Origin: Balneolales bacterium
GTDB taxonomy: Bacteria; Bacteroidota; Rhodothermia; Balneolales; HLUCCA01
DNA length: 64,000 bases
NCBI GenBank assembly: GCA_041749075.1
Contig: JBGTBY010000031.1
Span: 20,342-84,341, forward strand
Reading direction: 5' to 3'
The position numbers and the translations under genes were made by a program. Positions 9,792 to 20,143 of the stretch are shown here, piece by piece; positions within the stretch are counted from its first letter, which is position 1, and the number at the start of each line of letters is the position of its first letter. The notes below the pieces were generated by a model. The model was given only the letters and a program-made list of their open reading frames with translations. It was not told the DNA's origin and made no database searches.

Positions 9792-12700
9792 TCTCCTCAG
9801 TACGAAGGGACCGATTCTGATCCGCGCATCCGCCGGAACCGGAAAAACCTACACCCTCACTCAGAAAGTGATCCATCTGATCGTGAATGAGCAAATGGAT
9901 GTGGACCAGATTCTTGCCGTGACCTTCACGGAATTCGCATCCGCCGAAATGCGGGATCGGATTTATTCAGCCATCAATGATGCCTTGAAATCAGAATCGG
10001 ATCCTCGGAAAGTGGCACACCTCGAACGTCAGCGTGTGCGATTCTATCGGAATCAGATTTCCACGTTTCATGGATTCTGCATGAATCTGATCCAGAGCTA
10101 TCCGGACGTGGCCGGACTGGAAACCGAAATTCGGGTGATGGATGCATTTGAGGAGGCGCAGTTCAACCAGCAGCTCCGCACGAAATTCTATCAATCGCAT
10201 AAAGCGCATGCGCCATTGGTGAGGGTGCTGATGCGGTACGGTCAGCGCGAAGTGGAACAGTTGTGCGAGCAACTGGGGGATGTGTCCGAAGCGCGGCTCC
10301 GGGAGATGAATGGGATCACGGCCGACGTTTGGCTCAAGATGATGCGGACGCTGCATACCGAGATGATTACGAATCGGAATAAGGCCTATGCGAGGTTGAA
10401 GGAGTTCGTAGCGGATCACCCCGGACTGATGAGCGTTTTGCTTCCTGATGAGTTTCCATTGAATGTTGACGCCTACTTCACGCTGAAAGGGGGCTTGAAC
10501 AAGACCAAAACCTTGGCGAAATCCGCCGATGCCGAGTTGAAAGAAGAAGCCGTCCGCCTTTCCACGGAGATGAACGCCACACGCAATCAGATCCTGAATC
10601 TGGGCGATTGGCTGATGTGTGATGAAGCCGAACTCATCCGCGACCTGAACAATCCCGAGACCCAATCCCTTGCTGCCGACACGATTTCCTACCACGCGAT
10701 GCGGGACCTGTGTGATGTGGTTCTGCGCTGGCGCCGGTTTTTCCGTGATGAACGCATCCGTACAGGAAAACTCATCTTCGATGATTTGATTCACATCGCT
10801 CGAACGATGATCCAGGAACATCCGGACTGGGTGGGGCAGATCCGATCGAAGTACCGATATATCGTTGTGGATGAATTTCAGGATACGGATGCGGCCCAAT
10901 GGGATATTCTGTCCGCGATCATGAGTGGTCCTACGGCAGATATCCTACTTGTGGGCGATGTGAAGCAATCCATTTATGAGTTCCGTGGTGGGAATGTGTC
11001 GGTGATGCAGCAAGTGGCGAGAGATCTGGCTCATACCGAGTTCAATCTCACGTATTCTTGGCGTAGCGCGAGAGAACTTGTGGTGGGACTGAACCGGATA
11101 TTCAGGCAAGTGTTGCCGGCAGAAACTGAGAAATTGTATGAAGCGGTCGCACAGGATTTGGATCATCCTGGTGATGACAAGAATGCGAACCAAAGTATTG
11201 GCAGCCTGGCGCAGTATCAATTACCCGACCAACTAAATGATAAGGGCAAGCGTGTCGCCTGGAAAGCCGCTGCCCGATCGGATGCCGAAGCACGGAGTCT
11301 CGCACATTTTTTAAGCAACATTCGTGATGGCGGGAAGCCGGAGTATGAGGATATCCGCCAAAAAATGATAGCTGGCGAGAAAGCAGTAGGGATACTACTG
11401 CCAAGCCGAAAAGACCAATGGAAATTTGAGCAATGTTTGCGAGATGCGGGCTTGCCATATTCTTCGTTTTCCGGCGTGCAGTTTTATGAAACTCAGATCG
11501 TGTGGGACGCCCTTGCCCTCATCCGCTTTCTAGCCGATGCCTATCAGGATTTGGCCTGTGCCGCGGTGTTCCGGTCGCCGTTCGTCGGCTTTTCGGATGA
11601 GGCCTTGGTATTGATGCGGGATGTTGGCGCGGCATCCAGATTGTACAATGCCGTTCGCGATTGGCGCGAAACGCCGCACCTTCATCTGAGCCCGGCCGAC
11701 CAATTGGTGCTCACCCATGCCGTACCGTGGCTCGAGGCGCTGCGTCGGAAGGTGAAGACCGATCGTTTGTCGGATATCCTGACCGAAGCGTTTTTCACCA
11801 GGCCGTATTTGGTTGCGGTGCTTGATAGGGATCAATCGGTGGCGAACATCCACAAGCTGATTCGGATCGTGCGGGATTTGGAGCGGCAAGGCACCGGAAG
11901 TCTGATCGACGTGGAGCAGTTCCTCACGCGGCAGATCGAGGATGAGGTTCGTGAGCAGGAAGGGGTTGTGGCGGATGGGGGCTCGATCCAGTTCATGACC
12001 ATTCATGGCTCAAAAGGATTGGAGTTTCCGATGGTGATCTTGCCTGGATTGGGATCGGGCAAAGGCGGAGATCGTGGCGTGGCGGTCCGTTCACCTCGCG
12101 ATTTGCCAGAGTATCGCACATGGGTGGTACCCAAGGGACTGAATAGCGAAGTAGTCGACGAGTACAAAGGCGCGCTGTATCATCATGTCCGCCAACAAGT
12201 GAAGCGTCGCGAAGACGCCGAGCAAAAACGACTTTTCTATGTGGCTTGCACCCGAGCAGAGAACCATCTCGTTTTTTGGGGCTCCGAATCGGTCGAGAAA
12301 AAAGGCAGTCTCGGACGACTCTTACCCGAACATCTTCCCTTCGAGCCGATCATGATTTCATTTGAGTGGCTGGACGCACCGTGCATTCGCCGCGTCGAGA
12401 CACAAATCCCATCCATAGGGGATCGCGAAACCATCCAAGAACGGCTCATTGCGTCGAACCGAGAAGTGATGCGACCTTCGCAGGTGGAGTCGGAGGATAA
12501 AACGACGACTCGAGCCGCATCCCAGTGGAGGTCGGTGGAAGCGAGCTCCGCAGGAGACGTGATTCACAAGGTATTGGAACACTTGGATTGGTCCTCGAGT
12601 CCTCGCCAACTCATCGTAGGTCTGGTTACGCGGTGCTGGCCCTCATCCGACCCGCATCCGGAGGATGTCGAACGGGCGGCGGATCATGTGGAACGAAGCA

Positions 12701-13008
12701 TCCGGGCCTTGCGTGAGCGGTTTCCGGACGCGAAACAATCGCGGCGCGAAGTGGCGTTCGAGGCCGATGTGCCCGATGAGGGATGGATGAAAGGCGTGAT
12801 CGATCTGTTGATCCAGGACGCGGCCGGCGATTGGCATGTGGTCGATTACAAAACCGGCGATGCCGAGGCGCAGTTGGAGGTATATGCGCGGCAGTTGCAG
12901 TTGTATGGAAAAGCCTTGGAGGCGATCAGCGGAGGCGGCATCCGCATCAAAAAAGAGAAGTTGCTGCTTCTGACTACGGAGACGGGGATTTTTTTACCGG
13001 TAGTTTAA
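9781..13008 (+). CDS. UvrD/AddA-like ATP-dependent helicase with C-terminal PD-(D/E)XK nuclease
   Basis: Walker A ASAGTGKTY, motif II VVDEFQDTD, LVGDVKQSIYEFRG, C-terminal GVIDLLIQD...HVVDYKTG. Start moved from the ORF-track 9619 to the in-frame ATGATG at 9781, which gives the usual N-terminus just before the P-loop. Confidence 0.85.
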   Translation: MMNDLLSTKGPILIRASAGTGKTYTLTQKVIHLIVNEQMDVDQILAVTFTEFASAEMRDRIYSAINDALKSESDPRKVAHLERQRVRFYRNQISTFHGFCMNLIQSYPDVAGLETEIRVMDAFEEAQFNQQLRTKFYQSHKAHAPLVRVLMRYGQREVEQLCEQLGDVSEARLREMNGITADVWLKMMRTLHTEMITNRNKAYARLKEFVADHPGLMSVLLPDEFPLNVDAYFTLKGGLNKTKTLAKSADAELKEEAVRLSTEMNATRNQILNLGDWLMCDEAELIRDLNNPETQSLAADTISYHAMRDLCDVVLRWRRFFRDERIRTGKLIFDDLIHIARTMIQEHPDWVGQIRSKYRYIVVDEFQDTDAAQWDILSAIMSGPTADILLVGDVKQSIYEFRGGNVSVMQQVARDLAHTEFNLTYSWRSARELVVGLNRIFRQVLPAETEKLYEAVAQDLDHPGDDKNANQSIGSLAQYQLPDQLNDKGKRVAWKAAARSDAEARSLAHFLSNIRDGGKPEYEDIRQKMIAGEKAVGILLPSRKDQWKFEQCLRDAGLPYSSFSGVQFYETQIVWDALALIRFLADAYQDLACAAVFRSPFVGFSDEALVLMRDVGAASRLYNAVRDWRETPHLHLSPADQLVLTHAVPWLEALRRKVKTDRLSDILTEAFFTRPYLVAVLDRDQSVANIHKLIRIVRDLERQGTGSLIDVEQFLTRQIEDEVREQEGVVADGGSIQFMTIHGSKGLEFPMVILPGLGSGKGGDRGVAVRSPRDLPEYRTWVVPKGLNSEVVDEYKGALYHHVRQQVKRREDAEQKRLFYVACTRAENHLVFWGSESVEKKGSLGRLLPEHLPFEPIMISFEWLDAPCIRRVETQIPSIGDRETIQERLIASNREVMRPSQVESEDKTTTRAASQWRSVEASSAGDVIHKVLEHLDWSSSPRQLIVGLVTRCWPSSDPHPEDVERAADHVERSIRALRERFPDAKQSRREVAFEADVPDEGWMKGVIDLLIQDAAGDWHVVDYKTGDAEAQLEVYARQLQLYGKALEAISGGGIRIKKEKLLLLTTETGIFLPVV

Positions 13009-13097
13009 GTGTGGATAGATGTGGTTTGGGATTAATTCAAGACAACCATCTCACTTAGCCACCCTTAGCCTCCCAGTTAAATCTTCTTCTTAAATCG

Positions 13098-14138
13098 TTA
13101 TTCCAAAGTATAGTTTGTTCCCGGCCCAACACCATGCTTCATAAGTAGATTCTTTTCCACCAACTCAGACAACAATCGTTTGACGGAAGGACTTGGAATG
13201 TTCAGTTGGGCACTGATTTCCCCAGACTTGCAACTTGGATGGCTTTCCACAAATAGGAGAATCGCTGTATGTCTCGGAGACATTGACGCATCGGCCTCCT
13301 GCAATGAAATCTTCCGCATCAATTGTTCTTGGATGTTTCCCAGCGCATCGAAAAAAAACACGATCCAATCGGTGATGTCTTCATGTGGCCTATTGGCTTG
13401 AGAACGTCTTAGTACTCGGTAGTACTCGGTTTTGCGACTCTCGATTTCATGCTCAAAACTCACATACTCGATCCAACCGTACCCATGTTTGAGCAAGAGC
13501 AACGTTGTTAATAGGCGACTCAATCTTCCATTCCCATCCTGAAACGGATGTATGGTTACAAATTCATAGCAAAAGAGAGCGCATTTGACCAAAGGATGTG
13601 TTTGGTCATCACGATGATACCAATCCAATAATCCTTGCATCGCTTCTTGGGTAGGGAACCCTGGATCGGTTGTTTGAAAGATGATTTGCCGATTTCCGTC
13701 GGGCATTCTGGCTTCGACCGCATTGCTCTGCTGTTTGTAGTCTCCCCTATGCCAATCATCTTTTCTGCTATGTTTGAGAAGTACCTGATGCAAATATTTC
13801 AGGTTGTTTTCAGAGAGTTCGATATCCATTCCGCTCTCTGAAATCAAATCCAATGCGTCAAAATATCCTACCACTTCCTGAGAGTCTCGGTCCTCTAATT
13901 TTGAAATATCGATTTGGCTCAGGAGAGACTCCACATCGGCATCACTTAGTTGAGAGCCTTCAATCCGAGTCGATGCCCCGACACTTCGCACGGTAGCAAT
14001 GGATTTCAATTGCCTAAGTTGGTGACCTTCTTTTTTTAAGATGGATGACCAAGTCGCATCAAAACGGTCTATCTGACTGATGAGGCGAATCAGCCCCCAG
14101 TTCAGATTCATCGTCATATTGTAGACCGTCGTTTGCAT
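13098..14138 (-). CDS. fic: Fic-family protein (AMPylase-type Fido domain) with N-terminal inhibitory helix and C-terminal winged-HTH-like tail
   Basis: Fic motif HPFQDGNGRLSR. N-terminal inhibitory motif [ST]xxxE[GN] = STRIEG. The C-terminal ~70 aa (AILLFVESHPSCKSGEISAQLNIPSPSVKRLLSELVEKNLL) looks wHTH-like. Confidence 0.9.
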   Translation of the reverse strand: MQTTVYNMTMNLNWGLIRLISQIDRFDATWSSILKKEGHQLRQLKSIATVRSVGASTRIEGSQLSDADVESLLSQIDISKLEDRDSQEVVGYFDALDLISESGMDIELSENNLKYLHQVLLKHSRKDDWHRGDYKQQSNAVEARMPDGNRQIIFQTTDPGFPTQEAMQGLLDWYHRDDQTHPLVKCALFCYEFVTIHPFQDGNGRLSRLLTTLLLLKHGYGWIEYVSFEHEIESRKTEYYRVLRRSQANRPHEDITDWIVFFFDALGNIQEQLMRKISLQEADASMSPRHTAILLFVESHPSCKSGEISAQLNIPSPSVKRLLSELVEKNLLMKHGVGPGTNYTLE

Positions 14139-14152
14139 ATATCGCCCTACTG

Positions 14153-14193
14153 GTGATACGATATGATACGAAAATATACGATAATGATACGAT
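14153..14193. promoter_or_regulatory. Four helically phased direct repeats (T)GATACGA upstream of fic; candidate operator
   Basis: GATACGA at 14155, 14165 and 14186, plus TATACGA at 14175. Spacing is 10/10/11 bp; the array begins 17 nt upstream of the fic start codon (14138). Confidence 0.45.
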
Positions 14194-14288
14194 TACAAGG
14201 TGTTGTTTACCTAAGTCGGACGTATAAGGGTAAAAACACGAGAATTTTACTCTTATAATATCCCGCCGCAAATACGGCCACGATGATA

Positions 14289-14609
14289 TCAATCAGCCAG
14301 CGTGAGCTTATCTGTGATATACTCATTGAGGCTTTTGCCTTCTTTCCGGGCATTCAGATAGGCTTGGCGATGAATCTCGGTTGGCAAACGCAGCATGAAT
14401 CGACCTGAAAACGGCTTATCCGGATCTTCCCCGCGCGACGCACAGAAGTCGAGATAATCGTCGATGGAGTCTTGAAAAGCTTGGGTTAATTCATCCACAC
14501 TTTTCCCTTGAAACGTGATCACATCACGCAGATCAAGTATCTCGCCGTGAAACAACCCGGCTTCTTCATCAAACTCAACCCGACCGTGATATCCTTTGTA
14601 GTGTAACAT
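14289..14609 (-). CDS. hicB: HicB-family antitoxin
   Basis: MLHYKGYHGRVEFDEEAGLFHGEI...DELTQAFQDSIDDYLDFC... followed by an RHH-like tail RLPTEIHRQAYLNARKEGKSLNEYI; 3 nt downstream of hicA. Confidence 0.85.
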   Translation of the reverse strand: MLHYKGYHGRVEFDEEAGLFHGEILDLRDVITFQGKSVDELTQAFQDSIDDYLDFCASRGEDPDKPFSGRFMLRLPTEIHRQAYLNARKEGKSLNEYITDKLTLAD

Positions 14610-14611
14610 GG

Positions 14612-14890
14612 TTATTCTGATTTATAGTCCATTGGATCAATGCCGGCTTCTTGTAGAAACCGTCGCATGGATTTTAAAGCGCCTTTGTCCGTCTCTTTTT
14701 GAGGGTGAGGTCTGTGGAAAACAGCTCGCACGTCGTTGAGCACAATGCGTATCCGTGAGCCACGACCTTCACTAAGTTCCCCACCTAACGCCACCAACAA
14801 CGATTCAATCTTGCTCCATTCGACATCGGAACGGACTGGATTATCGAAAATCGTGATCAAGGTTTTCTGATGTTTCGAACTTAATGGCAT
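14612..14890 (-). CDS. hicA: HicA-family mRNA-interferase toxin
   Basis: 92 aa. SKHQKTL...DVEWSKIESLL..LGGELSEGRGSRIRI...FHRPHP pattern typical of HicA/YcfA. Confidence 0.85.
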   Translation of the reverse strand: MPLSSKHQKTLITIFDNPVRSDVEWSKIESLLVALGGELSEGRGSRIRIVLNDVRAVFHRPHPQKETDKGALKSMRRFLQEAGIDPMDYKSE

Positions 14891-14891
14891 G

Positions 14892-14908
14892 GTGTCATTT
14901 TACGACAC
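14892..14908. promoter_or_regulatory. Inverted repeat GTGTC-N7-GACAC abutting the hicA start; candidate HicB operator
   Basis: GTGTCATTTTACGACAC starts 2 nt upstream of the hicA start codon. Two TTGCAA hexamers follow at 14920 and 14947. Confidence 0.3.
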
Positions 14909-14995
14909 TATTATGTGATTTGCAAGTTATCCCCCCAAGCAACTTTTTGCAAACTCCTGCGCCAAGCCTCACTAACTTCCCCACTTCACCTAGTC

Positions 14996-17527
14996 ATGGA
15001 TTTTATGAAACGTCTATTCTCTGTCTGCATCTTTTTGGTCATCAGCGCCCCATTATTGGCGCAAACCCTGCAATCGCCCGCCGAGTTTCTCGGTTACGAC
15101 ATGGGCGAGCGCTTCACCTATCACCATCGCGCGGTCGCTTATGTGGAGCACGTGGCGTCTGTGAATTCGAATGTGACGATCGAGCGCTATGGCGAAACCT
15201 ATGAGGGTCGCCCGTTGATGGTGGCCTTTGTCTCGTCTCAGGAAAACATGGACAAGCTCGAGCAGATCCGCGAAAACAACCTGCGTCGGGTCGGTTTGAT
15301 GGAAGGTACTCCGGTGGATGATGGCATCACGATCGTCTGGTTGAGCCACAACATCCACGGAAATGAATCTGTGAGTTTGGAAGCGGCCCTGATGACGCTC
15401 TGGAAGCTGGCTGACAAATCGAACGCCGAATCCCAGGAATGGCTGAAAAACACCGTAGTGGTGATTGATCCAACCATCAACCCCGACGGCCGCGACCGTT
15501 ATGCGGTTTGGTATCAGCAGTCCGTCGGGAAAAATATGGATGTGAACCGCTATGCGCGCGAGCATTACGAGCCATGGCCAGGTGGACGCGCCAACCATTA
15601 TCTGTTTGACCTGAACCGTGATTGGGCATGGCAGTCGCAGCAAGAATCGCAGGTCCGCGCCAAATTGTATCACAAATGGTATCCGCATGTGCATGCCGAT
15701 TTCCATGAAATGGGTGCCGAGAGCCCCTATTATTTCGCGCCGGCCGCCGCTCCTTACCATGAGGCGCTCACCAAATTTCAACGCGAATTCCAGTTCGAAA
15801 TCGGTCGCAACCATGCGCGTTATTTCGACAAGGATTTCCGTCTCTACTACACCCGCGAGGTGTTCGACCTGTTCTATCCGAGTTATGGCGACACCTGGCC
15901 CACCTACCAAGGCGCCATCGGCATGACGTATGAGCAAGGTGGCGGCGGTTACGCCGGTTTGGGCGTCATCATTTCCACGGGCGATACCCTCACGCTGAAG
16001 AAACGCATCGAAAACCAGCACAATGTTGGGATTTCGACGGTCGAAGTCTCATCCAAGAATGCCGCGGCCATTTCACGGGAATTCAGCAATTATTTCAACA
16101 CGTCGCGCAACTCACCTGCAGGCTCGTACAAAACGTATGTGCTGAAAGACAATGGAAATCCCGACAACCTTCGCGAATTCCTGGATTTGTTGGACAATCA
16201 GCAGATCCGCTATGGCCTAGCCCCGGCCCGTCGTACGGTGAACGGCTTCGATTACACCACAGGTCGAAATGGGTCTGTCACCGTCGAAACCACCGACATC
16301 CTCGTGAGTCTGTATCAGTCGAAATCCGTCCTGGCCAATGTCTTGTTGGAGCCGCGCACCACCATCGTGGATTCGCTCACCTACGACATCACGGCTTGGT
16401 CGCTACCCTATGCCTACAACCTGAAAGCCTACGCCCTCACCGAGCGCATCAACCCGAATTACACGGATGTCCGCAAGCGGTTTGAGTATGTCGCACCGGA
16501 AGCCGGCATTACCGCGCTTCCATATGCCTATGTGGCCGATTGGAAAGGTTTGGATGATGTCCGTTTCCTGGCTCAACTGCAGCGCAATGGCGTGAAAGTC
16601 CGCTCCACGGAAAAAGCCTTCACCATGGGCGAAAAAACCTATGCGCCGGGAACCTTGGTCATCGCCCGCACCAGTAATGAAGGGTTGGGCACGGATTTCG
16701 ACCGCATCGTAAAGGAAGCCGCAACCGACCATCAGCGCAACATCAATCCGGTGTTCACTGGTTTTGTGGACACAGGCGTGGATTTCGGCTCGGGCAGCGT
16801 CCGTTTCTTGAACGCGCCGAAAGTGGCCGTCTTAGCAGGTGATGGCGTCAGTTCACTGGCGTATGGCGAAGTTTGGCATTATTTCGATCAACAGATCGAT
16901 TATCCACTCACATCCATCTGGCTTCAAAACTTCGGAAATGTGGATTTGAGCCAGTTCAATGTGCTCATCCTCGCATCTGGAAATTATCGCTCGATTCTGA
17001 GCGGTGGAAACTTGGACAAACTGACCGCTTGGGTCCGTGCCGGTGGAAAACTGATTGCGATGGAAGGCGTTGTGGGTCAGTTGGCCGCAATCGACGGCTT
17101 CGACATGCTTTCACAAAAAAAATCAGATGAGAAACCTTCCGGCGAGGAACTTCTACGTGTCTATGGCAACCAAGAGCGCGAAAGCATGCGCGAATCGCTG
17201 GCCGGTGCCATCTACAAAGTGAACATCGATGCCACGCATCCTCTCGGGTTTGGCTTCCCTGGCGTGTATTACACCATGAAGCGCGGCTCCTCGGCGTTCG
17301 AGTACCTGACATCAGGCTGGAATGTCGGAACCATCCCAGCAGATGGATTTGTGAGTGGCTTCGTCGGGCATAAGCTCAAGCCCAACCTCACCGAAACCCT
17401 CGTGTTCGGTGAAATCCCGATGGGACGTGGAAAAGTTGTTGTGATGGTGGACAATCCCCTGTTCCGTGCGTTCTGGCACAGCGGCAAGATGATCTTTGGC
17501 AATGCCGTATTCCAAGTCGGGAACTGA
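14996..17527 (+). CDS. M14-family zinc carboxypeptidase, secreted
   Basis: Zinc ligand motifs HNIHGNES and ADFHEMG. Signal peptide MKRLFSVCIFLVISAPLLAQ favours a start at 14996/15005 over the ORF-track 14915. Confidence 0.85.
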   Translation: MDFMKRLFSVCIFLVISAPLLAQTLQSPAEFLGYDMGERFTYHHRAVAYVEHVASVNSNVTIERYGETYEGRPLMVAFVSSQENMDKLEQIRENNLRRVGLMEGTPVDDGITIVWLSHNIHGNESVSLEAALMTLWKLADKSNAESQEWLKNTVVVIDPTINPDGRDRYAVWYQQSVGKNMDVNRYAREHYEPWPGGRANHYLFDLNRDWAWQSQQESQVRAKLYHKWYPHVHADFHEMGAESPYYFAPAAAPYHEALTKFQREFQFEIGRNHARYFDKDFRLYYTREVFDLFYPSYGDTWPTYQGAIGMTYEQGGGGYAGLGVIISTGDTLTLKKRIENQHNVGISTVEVSSKNAAAISREFSNYFNTSRNSPAGSYKTYVLKDNGNPDNLREFLDLLDNQQIRYGLAPARRTVNGFDYTTGRNGSVTVETTDILVSLYQSKSVLANVLLEPRTTIVDSLTYDITAWSLPYAYNLKAYALTERINPNYTDVRKRFEYVAPEAGITALPYAYVADWKGLDDVRFLAQLQRNGVKVRSTEKAFTMGEKTYAPGTLVIARTSNEGLGTDFDRIVKEAATDHQRNINPVFTGFVDTGVDFGSGSVRFLNAPKVAVLAGDGVSSLAYGEVWHYFDQQIDYPLTSIWLQNFGNVDLSQFNVLILASGNYRSILSGGNLDKLTAWVRAGGKLIAMEGVVGQLAAIDGFDMLSQKKSDEKPSGEELLRVYGNQERESMRESLAGAIYKVNIDATHPLGFGFPGVYYTMKRGSSAFEYLTSGWNVGTIPADGFVSGFVGHKLKPNLTETLVFGEIPMGRGKVVVMVDNPLFRAFWHSGKMIFGNAVFQVGN

Positions 17528-18440
17528 GTATAAACGGGTCCTTTTAACTGGACCCACGGCCGTTGGTAAGACCGAACTCTCTCTGCGCATAGCCGAGAGG
17601 TTCGGTTTTTCCATTATTTCCGCCGATTCGCGACAGTGCTATCGCCGGATGGATATCGGAACCGGCAAAGTCTCTCCATTCGACCGCGCCCGCATCCCGC
17701 ATTATAATATTGATGTGTTGGATATCGAGGATGCCGATTCTGCCGCCGCGTTTGTCAAGCGGGCGAAGGTCTGGGAATCGCATGTCGACTGTCCCTTTTA
17801 TGTGGGCGGAAGCACCCTTCACATTCAAGGGGTGATTTGGCCATTGGACAACATGCCGACCGCGAATCTGGATCATCACACCGAAATCGAAGCTTTGGAA
17901 ACCTCGGGCGGATCACAAGCGGTGATGGAGAAATTGCATCAGGTCGATCCGGTGTATGCCGCGTCGATGCAAGGCTATAACCGCCAACGGGCATTCCGCG
18001 CATTGGATGTATGGATGCAGACCGGAAAGCCGTTCAGTTCCTTTCATCAGCATGCCGGATATGTGGTTCCGGATGACACCCTGCTCATCGTACTGACCGC
18101 ATCCAAAGAAACATTACTAAAGCGCATCGACGCACGGGTGACGGACATGATGGATGCCGGACTCTTGGCAGAAGTGGACTCCATCTTGGAATCCGGTGCG
18201 GATGTGAGCCTTCAATCGCTGCATACCGTCGGATATCGCGAATTGATCGAATACCGAAGCGGGAACATCACCTTGGAGCAGGCTGAGCGGGATATTCGGA
18301 CCAACACGTGGCGCTATGCGAAACGGCAACTGACCTGGTTCCGTCGCTGGTCCGGCGCGATGTGGATTCATCGCGATGAGCATGACGAAACCTCCTTGTT
18401 TGATGCGTTATCGGAAGCGATTCATCCTATAAAACCGTAA
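17496..18440 (+). CDS. miaA: tRNA dimethylallyltransferase
   Basis: P-loop GPTAVGKT, DSRQCYRRMDIGTGK, YAKRQLTWFR. Confidence 0.9.
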   Translation: MAMPYSKSGTEYKRVLLTGPTAVGKTELSLRIAERFGFSIISADSRQCYRRMDIGTGKVSPFDRARIPHYNIDVLDIEDADSAAAFVKRAKVWESHVDCPFYVGGSTLHIQGVIWPLDNMPTANLDHHTEIEALETSGGSQAVMEKLHQVDPVYAASMQGYNRQRAFRALDVWMQTGKPFSSFHQHAGYVVPDDTLLIVLTASKETLLKRIDARVTDMMDAGLLAEVDSILESGADVSLQSLHTVGYRELIEYRSGNITLEQAERDIRTNTWRYAKRQLTWFRRWSGAMWIHRDEHDETSLFDALSEAIHPIKP

Positions 18441-18448
18441 ATTCGGCC

Positions 18449-18697
18449 ATGTTCACAGCACACATCAACATCACCCTGCGTCCATCCATCTTGGACCCTA
18501 AAGGGAAAGCCGCCGGCGAAGCCCTGTCGCACCTCGGGTACGACGCCATCCGCTCCGTCCGTATCGGCAAATTCATTCAACTGACCATCGATGCCACATC
18601 GACGGAACAAGCCCATCAATTGGCCAAAGAAGCCTGCGAAAAGCTGCTTGCCAACGAAGTGATGGAAGATTTCACCATCGAAATCGAGGCCCGCTGA
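18449..18697 (+). CDS. purS: Phosphoribosylformylglycinamidine synthase subunit PurS
   Basis: 82 aa. [22 protein letters not shown] pattern; directly upstream of purQ. Confidence 0.9.
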   Translation: MFTAHINITLRPSILDPKGKAAGEALSHLGYDAIRSVRIGKFIQLTIDATSTEQAHQLAKEACEKLLANEVMEDFTIEIEAR

Positions 18698-18698
18698 T

Positions 18699-19406
18699 AT
18701 GTCCCGATTTTCCATCCTCGTGTTTCCCGGTTCCAATTGCGACCACGACGCCTATCATGCCGTGAAGCATGTGATGGGTGAGGAGGCGAATTTCATCTGG
18801 CATAAGGAAACCGATCTTCAAAAACCGGATGTGGTGATTGTCCCTGGCGGATTCAGCTATGGCGATTACCTGCGTTGCGGCGCCATCGCCCGGTTTTCTC
18901 CGGTAATGAATTCCGTGATCGAGTTCGCCAACAAAGGCGGCTTGGTGATCGGAATTTGCAATGGATTTCAGATTCTGCTCGAAAGCGGATTGCTGCCCGG
19001 AGCCATGTTGCACAATGCGCAACTCAAATTCGCATGCAAACAGGTCTATCTGCGCACCGAAAGCACCGATTCTCCGTTCACGAATGAGATGGTGGCCGGA
19101 CAAGTGCTACAAGTCCCGATCGCGCATGGCGAAGGAAATTATGTGACGGATGCCGACGGCCTAAAAGCACTCGAAGACAACGACCGCATTCTGTTCCGCT
19201 ATTGTGATGCGGATGGAAACATCACTACGGATGCAAACCCGAATGGTGCCATCTCGAACATCGCCGGAATCTGCAATGACCGACGTAACGTGATGGGGCT
19301 GATGCCGCATCCGGAGCGGGCCATGGAATCGCAGATTGGCTCGACCGATGGGCGTCTCGTCTTCGCGTCGATCCTCAACGCCTTGGGGCAAACGCACGAG
19401 GCATGA
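18699..19406 (+). CDS. purQ: Phosphoribosylformylglycinamidine synthase glutaminase subunit PurQ
   Basis: [16 protein letters not shown], nucleophile [14 protein letters not shown]. Confidence 0.92.
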   Translation: MSRFSILVFPGSNCDHDAYHAVKHVMGEEANFIWHKETDLQKPDVVIVPGGFSYGDYLRCGAIARFSPVMNSVIEFANKGGLVIGICNGFQILLESGLLPGAMLHNAQLKFACKQVYLRTESTDSPFTNEMVAGQVLQVPIAHGEGNYVTDADGLKALEDNDRILFRYCDADGNITTDANPNGAISNIAGICNDRRNVMGLMPHPERAMESQIGSTDGRLVFASILNALGQTHEA

Positions 19407-20131
19407 CACTTCAGGGGCGCCATCTCGTGAAGCGCTACAAGAAGCGCACGGTTGTGAACGAGGTGTCGATTGACGTGAAACGTGGTGAAATCGTGGGCTT
19501 GCTGGGTCCGAACGGCGCCGGAAAAACCACGACATTCTATATGTTCGTGGGTGTGATCAAGCCGGAAGGCGGGTCCATTTTCTTGGATGACCTCGATATC
19601 ACGTCGAAACCGATGTATCAGCGGGCGCGCATGGGTATCGGATATTTGTCACAAGAAGCGAGTGTCTTCCGGAATCTCACAGTCAGAGAGAACTTGGAAT
19701 CGGTTTTGGAGTTTTTCCCGATCCCGAAGGCGGAAATCCGCGAACGGGCGGATGTTCTGTTGGAAGAATTCGGACTCACAAAAGTGATGCAGACCAAAGG
19801 GTATAGTTTGTCGGGAGGAGAGCGGCGTCGGACGGAGATCGCCCGCGCCATGATCACAAGACCCTCATTTCTGCTATTGGATGAACCCTTTGCCGGCGTC
19901 GATCCGATCGCGGTGGAAGACATCCAGAACATCGTTCAAATCCTACGCGACAAAGGAATCGGCATCCTCATCACCGATCACAATGTGCATGAGACGCTGG
20001 CCATCACGAATCGAGCGTATCTCATGTTCGAAGGCCGCATCCTGAAAGAAGGAAACACTCAGTACTTATCTGAGGACCCCGAAGCGCGTCGCCTCTATCT
20101 CGGCAACACCTTTAAACTGGACCGTTACTAA
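19403..20131 (+). CDS. lptB: LPS export ABC transporter ATP-binding protein
   Basis: [58 protein letters not shown]. Confidence 0.88.
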   Translation: MTLQGRHLVKRYKKRTVVNEVSIDVKRGEIVGLLGPNGAGKTTTFYMFVGVIKPEGGSIFLDDLDITSKPMYQRARMGIGYLSQEASVFRNLTVRENLESVLEFFPIPKAEIRERADVLLEEFGLTKVMQTKGYSLSGGERRRTEIARAMITRPSFLLLDEPFAGVDPIAVEDIQNIVQILRDKGIGILITDHNVHETLAITNRAYLMFEGRILKEGNTQYLSEDPEARRLYLGNTFKLDRY

Positions 20132-20143
20132 AATCCTACAGTC

